Source of the DNA: Octopus vulgaris
Taxonomy: Eukaryota
Direction of reading: 5' to 3'
Assembly: GCA_951406725.2 (NCBI GenBank)
Contig: OX597814.1
Coordinates: 51,026,001-51,090,000, forward strand
DNA: 64,000 bases
Made by a program: the position numbers and the translations under genes. Under the pieces are notes generated by a model, which worked only from the letters and a program-made list of their open reading frames with translations, was not told the DNA's origin and did no database searches. Below are positions 14,577 to 29,420 of this stretch, piece by piece. Position 1 is the first letter of the stretch. The number at the start of each line of letters is the position of its first letter.

Positions 14577-16688
14577 GTGAGAGCACTAATTCTTTCTTTT
14601 AAATTACAACCTTTACGTTGAACTCTCTTACTAGCACTCTCATTACATCTCTCCTCCCACTGCTACCACTCTTATCACTACTCCTCCGATGCTTTCTCTT
14701 CACTTCCTACACCACCGCTCCTTCAATACTCACTCTTACTTTTTCCTATCTAATTTTCTCAGTAATCTCTTTATCTCCATCCTGTAAATTCTCTTTCTCT
14801 TCTTTACAGTTGTCTCCAACAAAATAGAGTTTTCTTTTTCTCTTTTCTCTTTCCTCTAATAATCTTATTCTTACCTTTAGATATTTCCACCACTCCCTTT
14901 TGTCCTTCTATCCATAATAATTCTTTATAATCTAATTCAGTTTGTTGCTATTTCCCTTCACTTTGCTTCTTTCTTTTCTTTTTCCTTATTTCCTCCTTTT
15001 ATCCTACACCTATAATCCAATGAATACTTTGGAACCCTGTCCCTCCTTGATATTCCTACTGTTACTGCTTTTCTCAGAAAATGAGATATATTCTTGTTAA
15101 ATGCCAATTTATTCTGTAGTAGGCAGAAATAAAATCTGTTTTGTTGAAATATTTTTGTCAAAGGGTTAAATACTTTATATTTTATGGTGATGATGGTATT
15201 CTCCAATTTCTAACTTTGTTTCTTCTTTCTCTCTTTCTCTCTCTTAAAAGAGCGAGAGAGAGGGGGGAATCATCTAAATGCCTCTATTTGTTTAAAAAGA
15301 AGATATTCAGAGATTCTTTTTACTCTTACATTATTTATATCACAGTTTCTGCTATAATCTTTAAATCTGAACCATTAGTCTCGCATGCTGAGAATGGAAT
15401 ACAGTTGTATTAGTCTTTATATATTGGGAATAGTAATTTTACTAAAATTTAGATTTCCTTGTTTAATTTTTTTCTTACTATTCTCACTTTCTTTGTCATC
15501 CCCCTCCCCACACAAAAAAAATGTGCTTGGAAATTAATAATTCCTGTAAACTATTTATGTACTTTCAAGAATGTAAATAAATAATATCTTTGAATATGAA
15601 TATATCTCAGTTATCAAGACTTCACAATCAGATTACATTCAACAAAACAAGACAAATATCAAGGTTTCAATCTCAGTTTACAGCTAAAATTTCATTTTTT
15701 TCATCTTACTCTCCTTGTTAATATATCTTATCAGTAATTCTTGGATTTATCATTGATTAAAAGGACAACTCCAAGCATTCAGTATAGCTTATTTATTTAA
15801 TTTATTTTATATGTTTTGTTCTTTCATTATTGTTCCCTGAATAAACTGACTCCCATATCTTAATGAAGCTATATCAATTGTATCTTTCCTATCTCATAAA
15901 AATCTTATCTATTTTTTTGGATAAGTAAAGGAAAAAGAATTTAGTTGTTGTTACTTTATAATAGAATTTGAAAGAGGAGATGAATTTTCGAAATTGTTTT
16001 CTTAACAAGCAACAATTTTCACAAGATAACTTAAACTGAATTCATTGTGTGTGTGCACGCACATCATTATCATCACGCTCGTATATATGCATGTGTATTG
16101 TATGGGTATATCTTTATGCCATTTTCTCAATGCAAATACTGATACAACAATTCTATAAATTGCAAAATTATGTGAATTTTAAGCACCATTTAATCATTGG
16201 TTGCTCATTGTTAAAACAACACAGTAAACCAGAGAAATGGGAAGGATTACTATTTTCAACTTGGTAGATTTTGAGAATAAGAGAAGAGCAATAAATATTT
16301 TTAGCTGGGTAGTCTTGGATAAGGAATCTGTATTTCTTGAGAATACATATAACAAAACAACAATTACAAATTAAAATAAAATTCTTTTTTTCATTTGTTC
16401 ATATTGTTTTGATTCCATTGGAATAGTTTAGTCATACTGACATCTTTATAAAACGCTGATAGAGTGAATTAGTTTGAAATTAGATAGCTTCCTTTTTTTA
16501 ATGTGAACATTGAATACTCAGGATACCAAAAGTTGCTTTTTTTTTCTTACCTAAAACAAGTTTCTATTCAATGCTATTTATTTTATGATAAAAACATAAT
16601 GATGGGGAAATGTTATCAAATTTAAACTTTGACCATATTTTTTACTGAAATAAACTATTTTCATTTGTCTCCCTTTCTCCAATTTTAG

Positions 16689-19600
16689 GAGTGATCATTT
16701 GAAAAGTCATTTGCGTACACATGACACAGGAAAACCTTTCAAATGCACTATTTGCAACCGTGGATATACAACAGCAGCTGCTCTTTCTTCTCATATGTAT
16801 TCACATCGGAAACCAAACAGCTCTGGTCAGATGGAATATAAATGTTACCAATGTGAAGAGATTTTTTATCAGCCAAAAGACTTACAGAACCATTACAATG
16901 ATTGTCATGCTCCTGCTCCCCTTCGTGAAAAAACTCTACAATGTACTCAGTGCTCTGAAATGTTTGTTAGCCAAGAACTTCTTGATCTTCATGTTGAACA
17001 AGAGCATGTTAAAGAACAAAAGCGTAAGTTTTCAACTCCAGACAATATTTCTGATATTGACATTTTCCACAAAAAGTTGAAAACTCATAATGATATCTCT
17101 ATAAATAAGCAAATGCTATCTAACACTAGTGATTTAACTGTAAAAGAAAATGGACTAGATCTTATGCCAGAAATAATGGATTCTTCATCTGTCTCAGACC
17201 CAGCCAACCGGGAAAATGCCCTTGTTTGCCCCTACTGTTTACAAGACAATTTTGAATCTTTAGAACTGCTTGAAATTCACATGCAATGTGTGCATTCTGT
17301 AAAAGCAACTGAAGTTTATACATGCAATTACTGCAATGCACCATATCCTAACTTATATGCCCTCCATGATCATATGAAAGTTGTTCACCAAAATTTAACC
17401 TGTATGGATATCAAATATCCCTGTAGTTTATGTTCTAGACATTTTACAAGCATTGATGCATTAGCAGAGCATAAAAAACATACGCATAGCCAAGCAAGTT
17501 CCTCAAACCATTCTCTCTACTGTGCAGAATGTGCATTACTTTTTCAAAACCCTATGGAATTCCAAGAGCACATTCAGCGCTCTCACAACTGTTTGCAAGA
17601 TACACCTCGTCCTAAACCTCCAAAATCAAAGAAAGTAAGTAATGATACAAAGAAAGACATAAAACGCATGAACTCCCATAGTATTTTTAATAACACAAAA
17701 AACTCAAGCCCAGCACCTAATGAGAGAATGGTTGAAGAGAAAATGGTATGTGACCAATGTAATGCTACATTCCTTGATATTAAAAATTTTCAAACCCATC
17801 TGAAAATTCATTTGGACTCAGTGCTCACTCAATACATATGTCCCCAATGCCAAAAGCAGTTTACTACTGAAGACCAATTAGAGAGTCATTTGTCATTACA
17901 CTACCTCTGTCTTAGCACTGAGTATGGCTGCACTAGTTGCATGAAAACTTTCTCCAAACCGGATGAACTTCAGAAACACTTGATGGATATTCATGCGCAT
18001 CATCTTTATCGTTGTTCACTTTGTAAGGAAATTTTTGATTCAAAGGTCAATATTCAAGTCCACTTTGCAATAAAACATAGTAATGAGTGCAAAATTTATA
18101 AATGTACAAAATGCAACTCAGTCTTTATATCAGAGGTTGATTGGCAACTGCATGTCAGATCTGCACATCTCCAAATGCCAAAGCCACATAAATGTCTCTT
18201 TTGTAAAGAAGGTTTTACCACCGAAGTTGAATTACAATGCCATTTAACCATTCATGGCAAGCCATTTAAATGCCCAATGTGTAGTGAAGCATTCCATGTG
18301 GAATATTTGTTAGATAAACATCTCCAAAATGAGCATGACCCTGACAAAAATTCTAAACGATTGGGTAACAGCCAATCTGATATCAAAGTGGAGAAGGACA
18401 TTGGAAGTAGCTCTTTATTAAACAGTTGTGGAACTATAGATGTATCAAATTCAGTAACATCAGGAAGTGGAATTTGGAAAAGCACTGATCCACTTCATAC
18501 ATGCAACATCTGTGATATGAAGTTCAGCAATTTATCCTCTCTTCAGCTGCACAAGAAGCAAGACCACCGTGTTGCACTGGCTAATAACCACACCTCACAA
18601 GTGATGACTACTGTAGAGAGCAGTGTGATTACAAGTAAAGTCATAGGTTCAAGCAATGACAAGGTAGCATTATCATGCACATACTGTAGTCAGTCTTTCA
18701 AATCTAGAACTGAACTTGAACGTCATATGAAAATTCATCTTAATTCCAGCAGCCAGAAATGCAACATTTGTGATGAAGTATTCCCATCACCAAATACTCT
18801 AGCAGAGCACAAACTGCAGCATTGCAAAATTCCTCAGGGAAATATTTGTGTTGGTTGCAAAATTCCCTTAAAATCTGAAGATCAGTTTTATATTCATTCC
18901 CAAGAACATGGCTTTCAGGGAGCTATAATGCAATGCGTTATCTGTAGACAAACTCTGGCATCTATGATGGAACTTCAAATGCACGGAAAGCATCATTTCC
19001 AAACTAAACCCAACTTCTTCACCTGCTGTGTATGTTTGCGAGGATTTGATTCTAAAGAAAATCTTATATCAAAATTGAATAGTTCTGGTCGAACATATTT
19101 TGTTTGTAAACCTTGCTATCATGGTGAAACATCTGACTTTCATTGCAATGAATGTGGTGCCAGATTCCCAACCAATGAACAACTAGAAAGTCATGTAACA
19201 AAGCATCGGCGGACATACCAGTGCATCAAATGCCAGCAATCTTTCAGTACAGAATATGAAATTCAATTGCACGTTGCCACCCATGTTTTGCAAGAAGGAA
19301 ATATCCATGAGTGCAAACTCTGTTCACAAGTTTTTGATTCTCCAGCCAAATTACAATGCCACTTGATTGAACACACCTATGGCAATTCTGAGTACCGCTG
19401 TAGTGTCTGTTGTAAAGTATTTAGTAATGCTACAGACATACAAGCACATGCTTTTGAGCATGGCATTCATGCTCGCAAGTTTGGATGTATCCACTGTAAT
19501 CAACGGTTTTTCTTCAGTGCTGAATTAGATAACCACATGATAAACCATGTGAAACCAGAATCAGTATCAGAGCTGCAGTGCAAAGACTGTCCACAGACTT

Positions 19601-19861
19601 TCTCAAATATTGTCAGCTTCAATGCACACCGACGCATACATCAACAGCAGATGGACAATAGCACATCCACCCCTATTAAATGTACATTTTGTCATGAAGT
19701 ATTCAATGATACCAGTGAACTACAGAAACATTTCTTCACGTGTCACACTGAGCAAGACATAGAACACTCAATTAACAAGAGAAATTATCAGTGTTCCCAA
19801 TGTAATAAAGAATGTTCATCTTTAGCCAACTTGCAGAACCACATGAAGATTCATAAAATAG
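16689..19861 (+). CDS. ZNF423: ZNF423/521 ortholog giant exon (3173 nt, phase 2 to 1), about 27 C2H2 fingers plus one atypical Cys-only finger
   Basis: ttttag acceptor at 16688 gives R-SDHLKSHLRTH in frame with the previous exon. Family-diagnostic motifs FSKPDELQKHLMDIH, FDSKVNIQVHFAIKHSNE, YQCIKCQ, HECKLCSQVFDSPAKLQCHLIEH, FFFSAELDNH. Donor gtattt at 19862. Confidence 0.97.
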
Positions 19862-21345
19862 GTATTTAGCATTTCAGTTTATTTTTGTTAACAAAGTCTT
19901 GTTTTGTTTTTCATGAGAATTATTTCGTTCATTCTATAAAATGTATTTCCTACCTTTCCCCATGAAAGAAACATTGTATGTGACAACTATATACATTTAT
20001 ATGTATACATTTGCATACACTATATAAATATATATACTATACAACTTCAGATAAAGCACAATTTTAACTTTATTTTTGATAGTAAAGTGAATTTCTTTTA
20101 TACATGTTGTCAAAAGAGAGAACACTTCCAACAGAATAATTATAAAACATTCTTTATCTTAAGCTTCCATTTCATTATTCCATTTATGTTAAATGGTTAT
20201 TTATTTGAGCCAACAATAACTGTCTACTTCTGCTCAACCAACATTGGTTATATTTAGTACCCATCTATACAGTATAGCCTTGGCAACAATGAGAAATTAG
20301 CCCATTAGCTTCTTATAAACTTTATAAACTTTACGTTGTTGTTGCTTTGTCTCAGTCATCTTTGCTTCAGCACACTCACACCATAGAAGTATCTAACAGA
20401 ATGAATTGTCAAGAATATTCAATCAATATGACAATGCTATATTTTTTTCTCAGCGTGTTGGTGCATGTAATTAGAATTTTATTAATGATGGTTGAGTCTC
20501 AACTGAAATTGGGGGCTGCATTGTCCAGATTAGCAACTACATGGAACAATTTGTCATAAGTTAAATAAAAAGTAATATGTTAGATTTTTATGCTTACTCT
20601 GTTACTCTAACTGTTTCCTTACACATACCTGAGTAATTTAATTCTCATTATGTACCTACTTTTAAGCCTGGAAGGTAATAAATATTTCCATCCACTGTAT
20701 AATACCTTTTATAAATAACTATGCATATATTCAAGTTTACAAACCTATGTAGTATGAAAAATAAGTACCAGCATAGAGAGAAAAGTTGTTATGGATAACT
20801 AATTACTGTATTTAAAACATCATACGCATTAAGTCTCTATGACTAAGAGCAGATGCTAAAAATATAAACAAGCAGTATAAAGATTTCTCTTGAATATTAT
20901 CCTGCAACAACAGATGTTTATATATTTATGTCAAGTCCATGAGCAATATGTAATTCACATTATCAGCAGCTGCCCCAAACTCTCAACAATATATTTTATC
21001 TTCCATAACCCATGAAATCATATAGAAATCTAAACATAATGTCAACTGTGCGAAAGGCTTCTGTTTAAGTTGAAAACAAGGAACCATCTGATGGCAATTA
21101 GTCTTGTAGGTGATATAAACTAAAAGGATTATTGAATACTGGAGAATGAAATATACATTAATATTTCAAGTAGATCCTGCCTTTTCTGTACTGATGAAGG
21201 ATCTCTACGCTTATATAATTATAATCCAGTTATATATTTACAGTCCCAGTTTAAGTTCCCATCTAACCTATGCCAACTATTAGTAGTCTACCAATTCTAA
21301 TAACTTTCTGTTACTCATGTAAAATCATGGGAACTGATTGCTCCC

Positions 21346-21380
<35 letters not shown>

Positions 21381-22586
21381 CCACTCACATGTATACATAT
21401 TCTGTTATGAACTTTCAAGCATATTTCACTGGAAGAGACAAGTGCTACTTTGTAAATATATTTATTATTAGTCACTTGTTTTGTTTTTAAGAACTGGTTC
21501 ACTGTAAAACTTCCTTCAAATAGTTGTTATTTAGTCCCAGATCAGCTCTGAGTAAAGAGGCATATGATCAAAGGCATTCCAGCAGTAACCATCCCACCAT
21601 TTTAGGGATATCTAGGCCTACATTATCCATGTCTTTTCCTGAGTTGCTAAGATATAATCCAAGGGAGATTTGATTGTTATTTTTCGAAGATTAAGTATCT
21701 ATATAGAAGCTCCCTCTGAGTTTTTTTCAAATATCAAAAAGAAAAACAGCTCATAAAATTTCATCATAAATAATTGTACCCTCCCTTTTAATATATATAT
21801 ATATATATATATATAAAACAGTTCTTAAAACAAGTAGATTAAGTATCCAACAATAAGCAAGGCATATGGGACTGAATTGAATTCAGGGATATATGCAATT
21901 ATTCTGTGATGGTAAAGTAAATTTACTAAGAAGAAAAGTTATTCAAATATGGCCCTCTTCCTTCTTTGACCATGCCTTAGTGTAGAAAATCAAAAACCAA
22001 TTAAAAAGAGATTTATTCTATATCTTAGTTTCTGCACATCTCTCTATTTAAGAATTCATTAAACTGGTTTCCAATTAAGTAACATTATATAATTATTAAT
22101 TATTAATAATGTATATTGTTAAGTAATAATCTAATTATTACTAAGATTAATAATCATTTAAAAATTATTCCTTGTTCAAAGAAAGAACGCTATTTTTAAT
22201 TCATTAACGAAGCTGACATTGCTAAATAATGGAATTTCATTTGTAAGGGGAGATAACCGTAGTTAATTTCAATGACAATAAAATAACGGTTTGAGTTGAT
22301 TTGCGTTCGTTGCTACTCACTTTGTTTCTATTGATTTAGCATGAAGTTTTCCTTTATTTTTTCTTTTAGTTTGGATTAAGCAAATCATGCATTATAGTGC
22401 AACGAAGCTGTCTTTATCTATATTGAGCTAATTCTATAAAGATTAAAAATCACTCTGCAACAATATATTTCTTTGCACTAAAAGATCTTGTAACATCTGG
22501 TTCATGAAATATATCAGATGAATAAATGTTCATTTTTTTTTTTCTAAACAACAAATAAAATCTTTCTTCTAAGAAAGACATGTTGA

Positions 22587-23003
22587 GGATCTTTTCGGTT
22601 TGACCGGCAGTTTTTAAAAATAATTTCCACATAACTATAAACACTTTTAAACTTCGTATACTGGTAGAATGTATTTATAAAACATCTTTTTCTCTTGGCT
22701 TTATTGAGAAAATTCTATAGTTTGTAAGATATTTGTTGTTTTTTTTTCTTCAATTTCTGCAATTTCAACCAATCAATGACGTCTATTGAGGTGAAAACAT
22801 TCTGTGCCGTATGAATATGTCCCTCGTTTAAGAAACATTGGGTTTATTTACATTTCTGAAGAAAAAAGATACCCTTTCCCCCACCCCTAACCCTGACTCT
22901 AAAACAGATTGAAATACAATAGATCGATACTAGGGTTATAATTGTGAGTGACAATTTTATATGACACCGCTAGAAAAAACTGCCGTTCAAACCAAAAAGA
23001 TCC
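22587..23003. mobile_element. Full-length copy of the same MITE, opposite orientation
   Basis: ~29-bp TIRs GGATCTTTTCGGTTTGACCGGCAGTTTTT / AAAAACTGCCGTTCAAACCAAAAAGATCC; a third partial copy lies at about 37625-37866. Confidence 0.85.
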
Positions 23004-23966
23004 CAAGTTTGTACTTCCATTGTAAAGGAAAAGTACATTCGATTGTTTAGTTCTGTTTACAAATGGTCACAATCTTACATCATCCCACATGGGATGCAAC
23101 CTGGCCTCCATAGACTGTAAGGAGTTAAGGGCCAAAACACTTGCATGCATAGGAATGGCTTCTTCTCTGAAGACCTTCTGCTGTTCAGTTCTCCCTAGAG
23201 TTTCTTACTACATGCATCATCATTATTATTATTACAACAAAACAATGACAATTTCTTTGCTCAGCTCAGATTCTAAACAACAGATTAGATGAAACAAGGG
23301 TGATTGAGACATTCGATCTGTTAGAAATAGCAGCTAAATCTCCCTCAAATCATATTCTACCATCTTAAATACAAGACACATTAATGTTGCCATTAAAGTC
23401 CTTCTTGGTTGGAATGACTTTAGTACTTAACTGGAATACTTTATTTCATTGGTCTTAGAAGGGTGAAATGTAAGGTTGACGTTGGCAGGATTTGAACTGA
23501 GTATGTAAAGAAGAGGTAATTGAATATCACAAGGCATTTTGTCCACTGACCTTCTGATAGTGACATTTAACCATCCTTAATCTCACCAAGGTCAACTCTG
23601 CTTTTCGATTTCTGGGATTGATAATATAAAATATCAGTCAAAACCTGAAGTGGACATAATCACTTATACCCTTACACCCAAATGCATGGCCTGTTTCTAA
23701 TGCTAGAAACCAATACAATAAGTTATCTTGAGCCATAAAGGAAATTATTTAAAATATGCTTTAGGCTTTAGTTTTTCATTACACTCAGACAGATGCATGC
23801 CATAAGATATTAGCATTAATCTAGTGTAATATTTCATTTCTCACTTGGAAATTAAGATTATATTTCAGGACCTACCATCATTTGCTTCTCACTATATTGC
23901 ATGGATATAATAATTTACTTTTTTGGAACAATTCTTTTTTACAACTAGAGAGCCTTCCTTGTAACT

Positions 23967-24173
23967 TTGTGGTTCTCAATGATGTTTTTGCCCGTGGACA
24001 CCCTATTTTCTCTACTGGGCCCTCATCGCTATTTGACATTTAAAAAAAAAATTTTTTAATTGTTTAAATATTTTGTATATTGTAGAAAAATAACCAATTT
24101 ATTGTAGATAAATTTTAACAAAAATTTTATATGGAATTCCAAGGGTCATATGAACTCCAGTTGAGAACCACTG
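23967..24173. mobile_element. hAT/Charlie-like MITE
   Basis: GTGGTTCTCAA ... TTGAGAACCACTG terminal inverted repeats. Confidence 0.55.
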
Positions 24174-25151
24174 TTGCAACTGTTCAACCATGAAACTGCT
24201 GTTGCTATTGGTATTTAACCTCAGGTCAGCCTTGACTGAATTGAATCAAGGGGGTTCAAGTCACAATCAACTCATTTCTGTTTAAGAATGCTAGCATGAG
24301 CAACTTGCAGCACTCAGGCCACTTGTAGCCCTTTATGTCTTTTCGTATGACACTCATTATTGTCATATTTATAAAACCACAATAACATTTTCCCTTGAAT
24401 TTTAAAACATAATCTTTAGGTGCAACTTGGTTAATTGGAACTCTTACATTTTTCTATTTCTCATTCACCCATGCTTTCTCTCAATCATTTTGTTGTTTTT
24501 TTTTAATGATTTACTTAATGTAGTATACGTTTAGTAAATTATTTTTTGGACTGTGTGATCATATTTATAACGGGTGCTATCTCATAAGGTCTGCTACTAG
24601 AAAAAGGTTGCTTGTATAACGTTTGAGGTATAATACATCCAGGATTATTCCCCAATTTAGGACGTGGTGTGGTTATAAGTGATGTTTGTATATCTTTATG
24701 AGATATACTGTCATATTAATGACAGTTAGTATGATTTAACTTATCACCATAACCATATGGTCAGCAATCTCACAGTAAATGTAAACAGTACATCAAGGAG
24801 ATTTTACTGTAAAAAAATTTATTGAGGTTTTCTTAGGATAGATAATTGTTTACTTGCTTTTATAGAACAGAGTACAAACTGAATTTAAATTTAGAATGAA
24901 TGGGGAAATGTTCATTGATGAGATATATGCAAATTAATAACATAGAAACTGTGCTACACTTTTTTTTTTTTTTATTTCCAAAGAATACTTAGAGCCATTA
25001 AATCAGTGCTCTCTATACCTAGAATTGGTTAACATATTATTGGCCATAACACTGTATATGAAGTTGATTTTAATGAAACTAGATTTCTGTTAAAGAGCTG
25101 TCAGTATAGTTAATATACATACTTTTTTCTTTTTTTCTTTTTTTTTTGTAG

Positions 25152-25291
25152 AAAAAGAAAATCAAAAGTCTCAAGTTCCAAAGACTCAGATAGTTGATGT
25201 AAAGCCAGTTTTGTGTCCTGTATGTGGGCAAATATTTTCAAAGAGAAGTTTAATGAAGGAACATATGAACACTGTCCACCTCGTGCACCAG
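25152..25291 (+). CDS. ZNF423: ZNF423/521 ortholog exon with one further C2H2 finger (phase 1 to 0), absent from the ORF track
   Basis: Long poly-T tract plus gtag acceptor, donor CAG/gtaact. Encodes EKENQKSQVPKTQIVDVKPVLCPVCGQIFSKRSLMKEHMNTVHLVHQ and supplies exactly the phase change needed between flanking exons. Confidence 0.85.
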
Positions 25292-26403
25292 GTAACTGAC
25301 CTACCACCTGCAAACTAATTCTAAAAGTACTTCAGCTAAATCACTTTACATTTAGAAGAGACTTTTAAACATAAACTAAATTATTAGAAGAGGATTGATG
25401 TAATATATGCAGTTGTGCTTTGTATCATAAAACACCAGTTTCATTGCTAAAATCAACTACACTCAGTGCAGATGTTATCTAATCTCTAAAGGTATTCATT
25501 TGAATCTTTTAATGGTATTTTTTAAGTACATCCCTTTATGCATTTTGACTCCAATTGTTAAGTCAAATTGCCATTCATTTTAGTTTAGATATTTTGCTTA
25601 AATGTTGATTAATAATATATTTAACAAATTTCTTGTAAAAAATTTTCATCGCTTTTTTTTTTTTTAATGAAAAGGTTGGTTATCTTTAGACAAAAAGAAA
25701 TATAATACATTTTTTTATAATTCTCCTTCAGTTAATTCTGCCATAAGAATGAGTAAAACTTTTCAGGAATTTTGATATTTATGTGATATGATGAGCAAAT
25801 ATATAATTGAATGTAAAAGCAAGGTACATTAGGAATTTGCATTAATGATTTGATAATTGCCACCTAATTCTTGCTACCATTTGCCAAAATGAGATCTGAA
25901 ACCTTGTAGCTTCCATCTTTTGACACCAACTCACCAAAGATCCTCCTTGGTTCTATGATACAAATTTCATGATTTAAAGAGATTTAAATTAAAGCCTTCG
26001 ATCAAAATTTCAATTTAATTTATGCTCCAAACACTAGTTCCATACTAACAATGTTATTTTACTAAATTCTTCATTATTTTCAAAATTAATTTAAATAATG
26101 GTAGTGTTTTTCAACAGAAATATGGTAACAAGAGGATTAAAGTCCTGAAGTTAATTTAGAAATCAAACAATAGGCTAATCAGATATTACCCATGAAGATG
26201 ACAGGCAGTTTTATTGCTAGAAATGTTCTTTAAATGGCCTTTGTCTGAAGTAATAGCTTAATATCCAAGCAGTGAAACTTATGGAGATTTCAGTGTAGAT
26301 GTGCATGGAAGACAATTGATAGGAGATTTTGAGATCTTATAGTATTAGTAGTGCCTAATTAATATAAAGCAATTTGATTATATCTTTGTTCTGTTTGCTG
26401 CAG

Positions 26404-26709
26404 GAAAGCAAAGCAAGTACACAAGGTAACACAGCATCAACATCCACAACTGGTACAGAGTATGGTGATGTGAATGGTGATAGTCAGAGTTGTGCAAGTG
26501 ATGAAGCAAATGAAATGAACCACTCTTCTCCCCAACAGACTGCCAATTCTACATCTCCAGTGTCTGTTAGTTTGGTCAATATGAAAATGGAAATTTGTGT
26601 CCCTGAAAACCAATTACATCCTTCAAGTGAAGATGACGAAATATTTAATGATGTCAGTCATAATTCACAGATGATTACTGACTGCAAGATGGACAGCTCT
26701 GAAAACTGA
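26404..26709 (+). CDS. ZNF423: ZNF423/521 ortholog terminal coding exon; low-complexity Ser/Thr/acidic tail
   Basis: tttgctgcag acceptor ending at 26403, phase 0, ESKASTQG...MDSSEN then TGA at 26707-26709. Confidence 0.75.
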   Translation, partial: ESKASTQGNTASTSTTGTEYGDVNGDSQSCASDEANEMNHSSPQQTANSTSPVSVSLVNMKMEICVPENQLHPSSEDDEIFNDVSHNSQMITDCKMDSSEN

Positions 26710-29382
26710 AAATTGTATATTTTCATGTCAGTGACATTACAGCTCTTGTAGCATATTCATCTTCATTATCTATATTGCCAACATCATCTTCATTACATTG
26801 TTATCATTCTGAACATGAGCAACAATTACAACAAAAAAATATTCATTAGAAAACAATGACTCAAGTAACAATTTATTGAAATAACTGCTTTTTGTGAGAA
26901 ACTGAAACCAATTTTGAAGTTAATAGTCATATATTAAGCAATTACCAATATAAAAAAAAAATATTGATCTAGTCTTAATAAAAGATGGAATGATCACAGC
27001 TGGAATACTTTTGATCAGTCAAGGCTGACCTGGGGCTAAAAAATAACAACGACAACATTGGCCCCTGAAAACAAGCATAGATTCTCTCCTGTTTTTCTTC
27101 TTCCTTTTGCATCATAAAACTGTTACCATATTATTCAACAATGATTTCCTAATGTGAAATAACTACTTATTTTTTATCTGTGATACTGTGAAGTCCAAAA
27201 AAAAAATTATTTGTCAAGTCTTTTTTTTTTTCAGCTGCTACCTGAATATTTTATTTGCAATTTATAATCCTTTGTTGATTGAAAAAACATCTTTCCTGGA
27301 AATCTTTTATATTTTCATCCCTTTAATCTGCTTGTAAATATAACTTAAAGCTTGATTTTTGAAAATAACTTGGTTTACTCTCATATTATTGAGACATAAA
27401 TGAGGTGGTTACAAACTCTTGTAAATTAGAACAAAATCACAAAGTTCTAATCCTTTCCACCAAAATGAAACTGGGTTAAATAAACATTGACTAAAGTTTT
27501 ACTGTCAAATATTAATTGGAACAATACTGTTAATCTGAGAAACCTTCACTAAACCTTTCTATCACACACACACTCTCTCTCTCTCTCTCTTTCTCTCTAT
27601 CTATCCATCTCACATATACACACTTACAGGGATGTGATGTATATTCATCATAGTGTGAATAAGAAGCAAATTATGTTTCTCTGCACATGCACATACACAC
27701 ACTAGAATTTTCAATGTGTAAACAATCATACTTTGTTGGTGTTTTCTTGGACCTGTTGTAAAAGTTAAACTATGATTACTTGAGCAATGTACATTCCATG
27801 TCTTTGACAACCTTGCCAATATTTCTATTCTTTGCCCTATTAATGTTAATCATTTAAAATCAAATATTGTCATCTACAATGGAAAAGGATTCTGGCCCAG
27901 TTATTGTGTCAACAGATAAGAAAGCCTGTATTTGATAAGATTACAAAGGGAATGTTTTTAGATCATTCTTTGTTCATACCAGCATTCTCAGACAGAAGTA
28001 GCCTGTTAGGAAAATGGCTTTGTACTTAACAACAGTTAGGAAATATTTTGTAAAATATTCCAAGAAAATTATAATTGTCACACATCTTCAAAACAAGTAT
28101 TTATTAAGGAAACAAAATTGAAATTGGTTAACATGATTCCACATATCATTTTCTTTAGGATTTTCTAAATCATGTATATTTGGGAAGAAAGGAATTAATA
28201 TGAACAAAAAATTGTTTATGAAAGATTAAAGTCTAGATCCTAGAGAAAACCAGTTGATGTATTATTTGATATAAAACAAAAACACTTATTGTTTGCTTCA
28301 AAATCAAATAGTTTCCTATCTATATGTTTATTTATGACTTGAGTTTAATCAACCTTGAAACAATTTTGTGTTATTCTATGAGAAAATAATGTTTAGCAAT
28401 CATTCATTTTCTAAAAAGTCTTTTTCTTAATAATAAATGAAACTAGTTTCTTTTATTGTTTTTGATTTGTGAGAAATGGTCTGTACCTGGCTTACTTTCT
28501 GAGTGTCATTGTGGAATTCTGTGTGTGCTCTTTTAGAAATAGTTAAATGTTTTCAAATCTTTTAGATAATAATTATTGTGTAGATTATCCATCACGTTGA
28601 TATTTCAAATGTGAACAAAATTATTCCCTTTGAAGTTTATTTTTAAAGTGATTTTTTTTTAATGTTAAAGCTTGTCACAAAATATATTTTAGAAATATGT
28701 TTACAAGCTAAAAAAAAATTTTTAAAGAAGTCGCCCAACCCCACCCAAGTCTGACAACTTTCATAGTCCAGATTTTTTTTTCAAACACCAAATTTTGTCC
28801 CTCAAGCTGAGGATATCTTTTTAATGTCAGTGTGCTGCAAGTGGCTGCTATTCAAACCTGTGCTCTTTGAAACCTGCTGGCAATATGCTGCCTAAGCCAT
28901 ATTTTATTTAACCAGTTCTTTTAGCATCTACATCATCTATCTTACACCTCACTTCAAACCTTCGACTCTACTTTTTATTTTTATTATAATTGTAAATACA
29001 TCTAGTTATTAGATGTATGGGTGTATATGTGTATATAATTCACCATCTTAAATGCTAGTATGTCTATGTCCACATCTATATTTAGATGTACATGTGTATG
29101 TTTATTCATCTGTTGGTTTTATCCCACCAACTAACCACTGTCCAAACAGACCAGACATATCTAAATGGTTTAAATTCCTTGACTGGACATGTCCACAAGG
29201 GGCAAATATATCTGCCCTGGCCTTGTTCTTCACAAAAGTCAAAGTCTACTCTGTAGTTTCTGTTGCTGTTATTACAGTACTATGATATGACACAATGCCT
29301 GTACAGAATGATCTAGGTCTATAATTTGTCTGCTGATTGAATGAAAGTGTTCTGGTGTTTACTCAAACATCAAATGTATTCA

Positions 29383-29420
29383 AATAAAATGATGAAATAA
29401 ATTGTGTTTTTTTTTTTTAT
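29383..29420 (+). promoter_or_regulatory. Candidate polyadenylation site of the ZNF423-like gene (implies a ~2.7-kb 3' UTR)
   Basis: Two AATAAA (29383-29388 and 29396-29401) followed by a TGTG/poly-T downstream element. Earlier AATAAA hexamers exist, so this may not be the only site. Confidence 0.5.

Noticed and set aside
16699-19869. Stand-alone single-exon 1056-aa zinc-finger gene from a lineage-specific C2H2 expansion
   Set aside because: The ORF starts at a TTG in mid-finger, splices in frame to flanking exons, and carries ZNF423/521-specific motifs.
21185-21245. Additional hammerhead (CTGATGA-AGGAT...ATCC)
   Set aside because: The GAAA box is missing after the putative helix II; at best a heavily decayed remnant.
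22880-22905. Telomeric repeat remnant (CCCTAA-like)
   Set aside because: Only one to two degenerate units, internal to every copy of the Merlin-like MITE.
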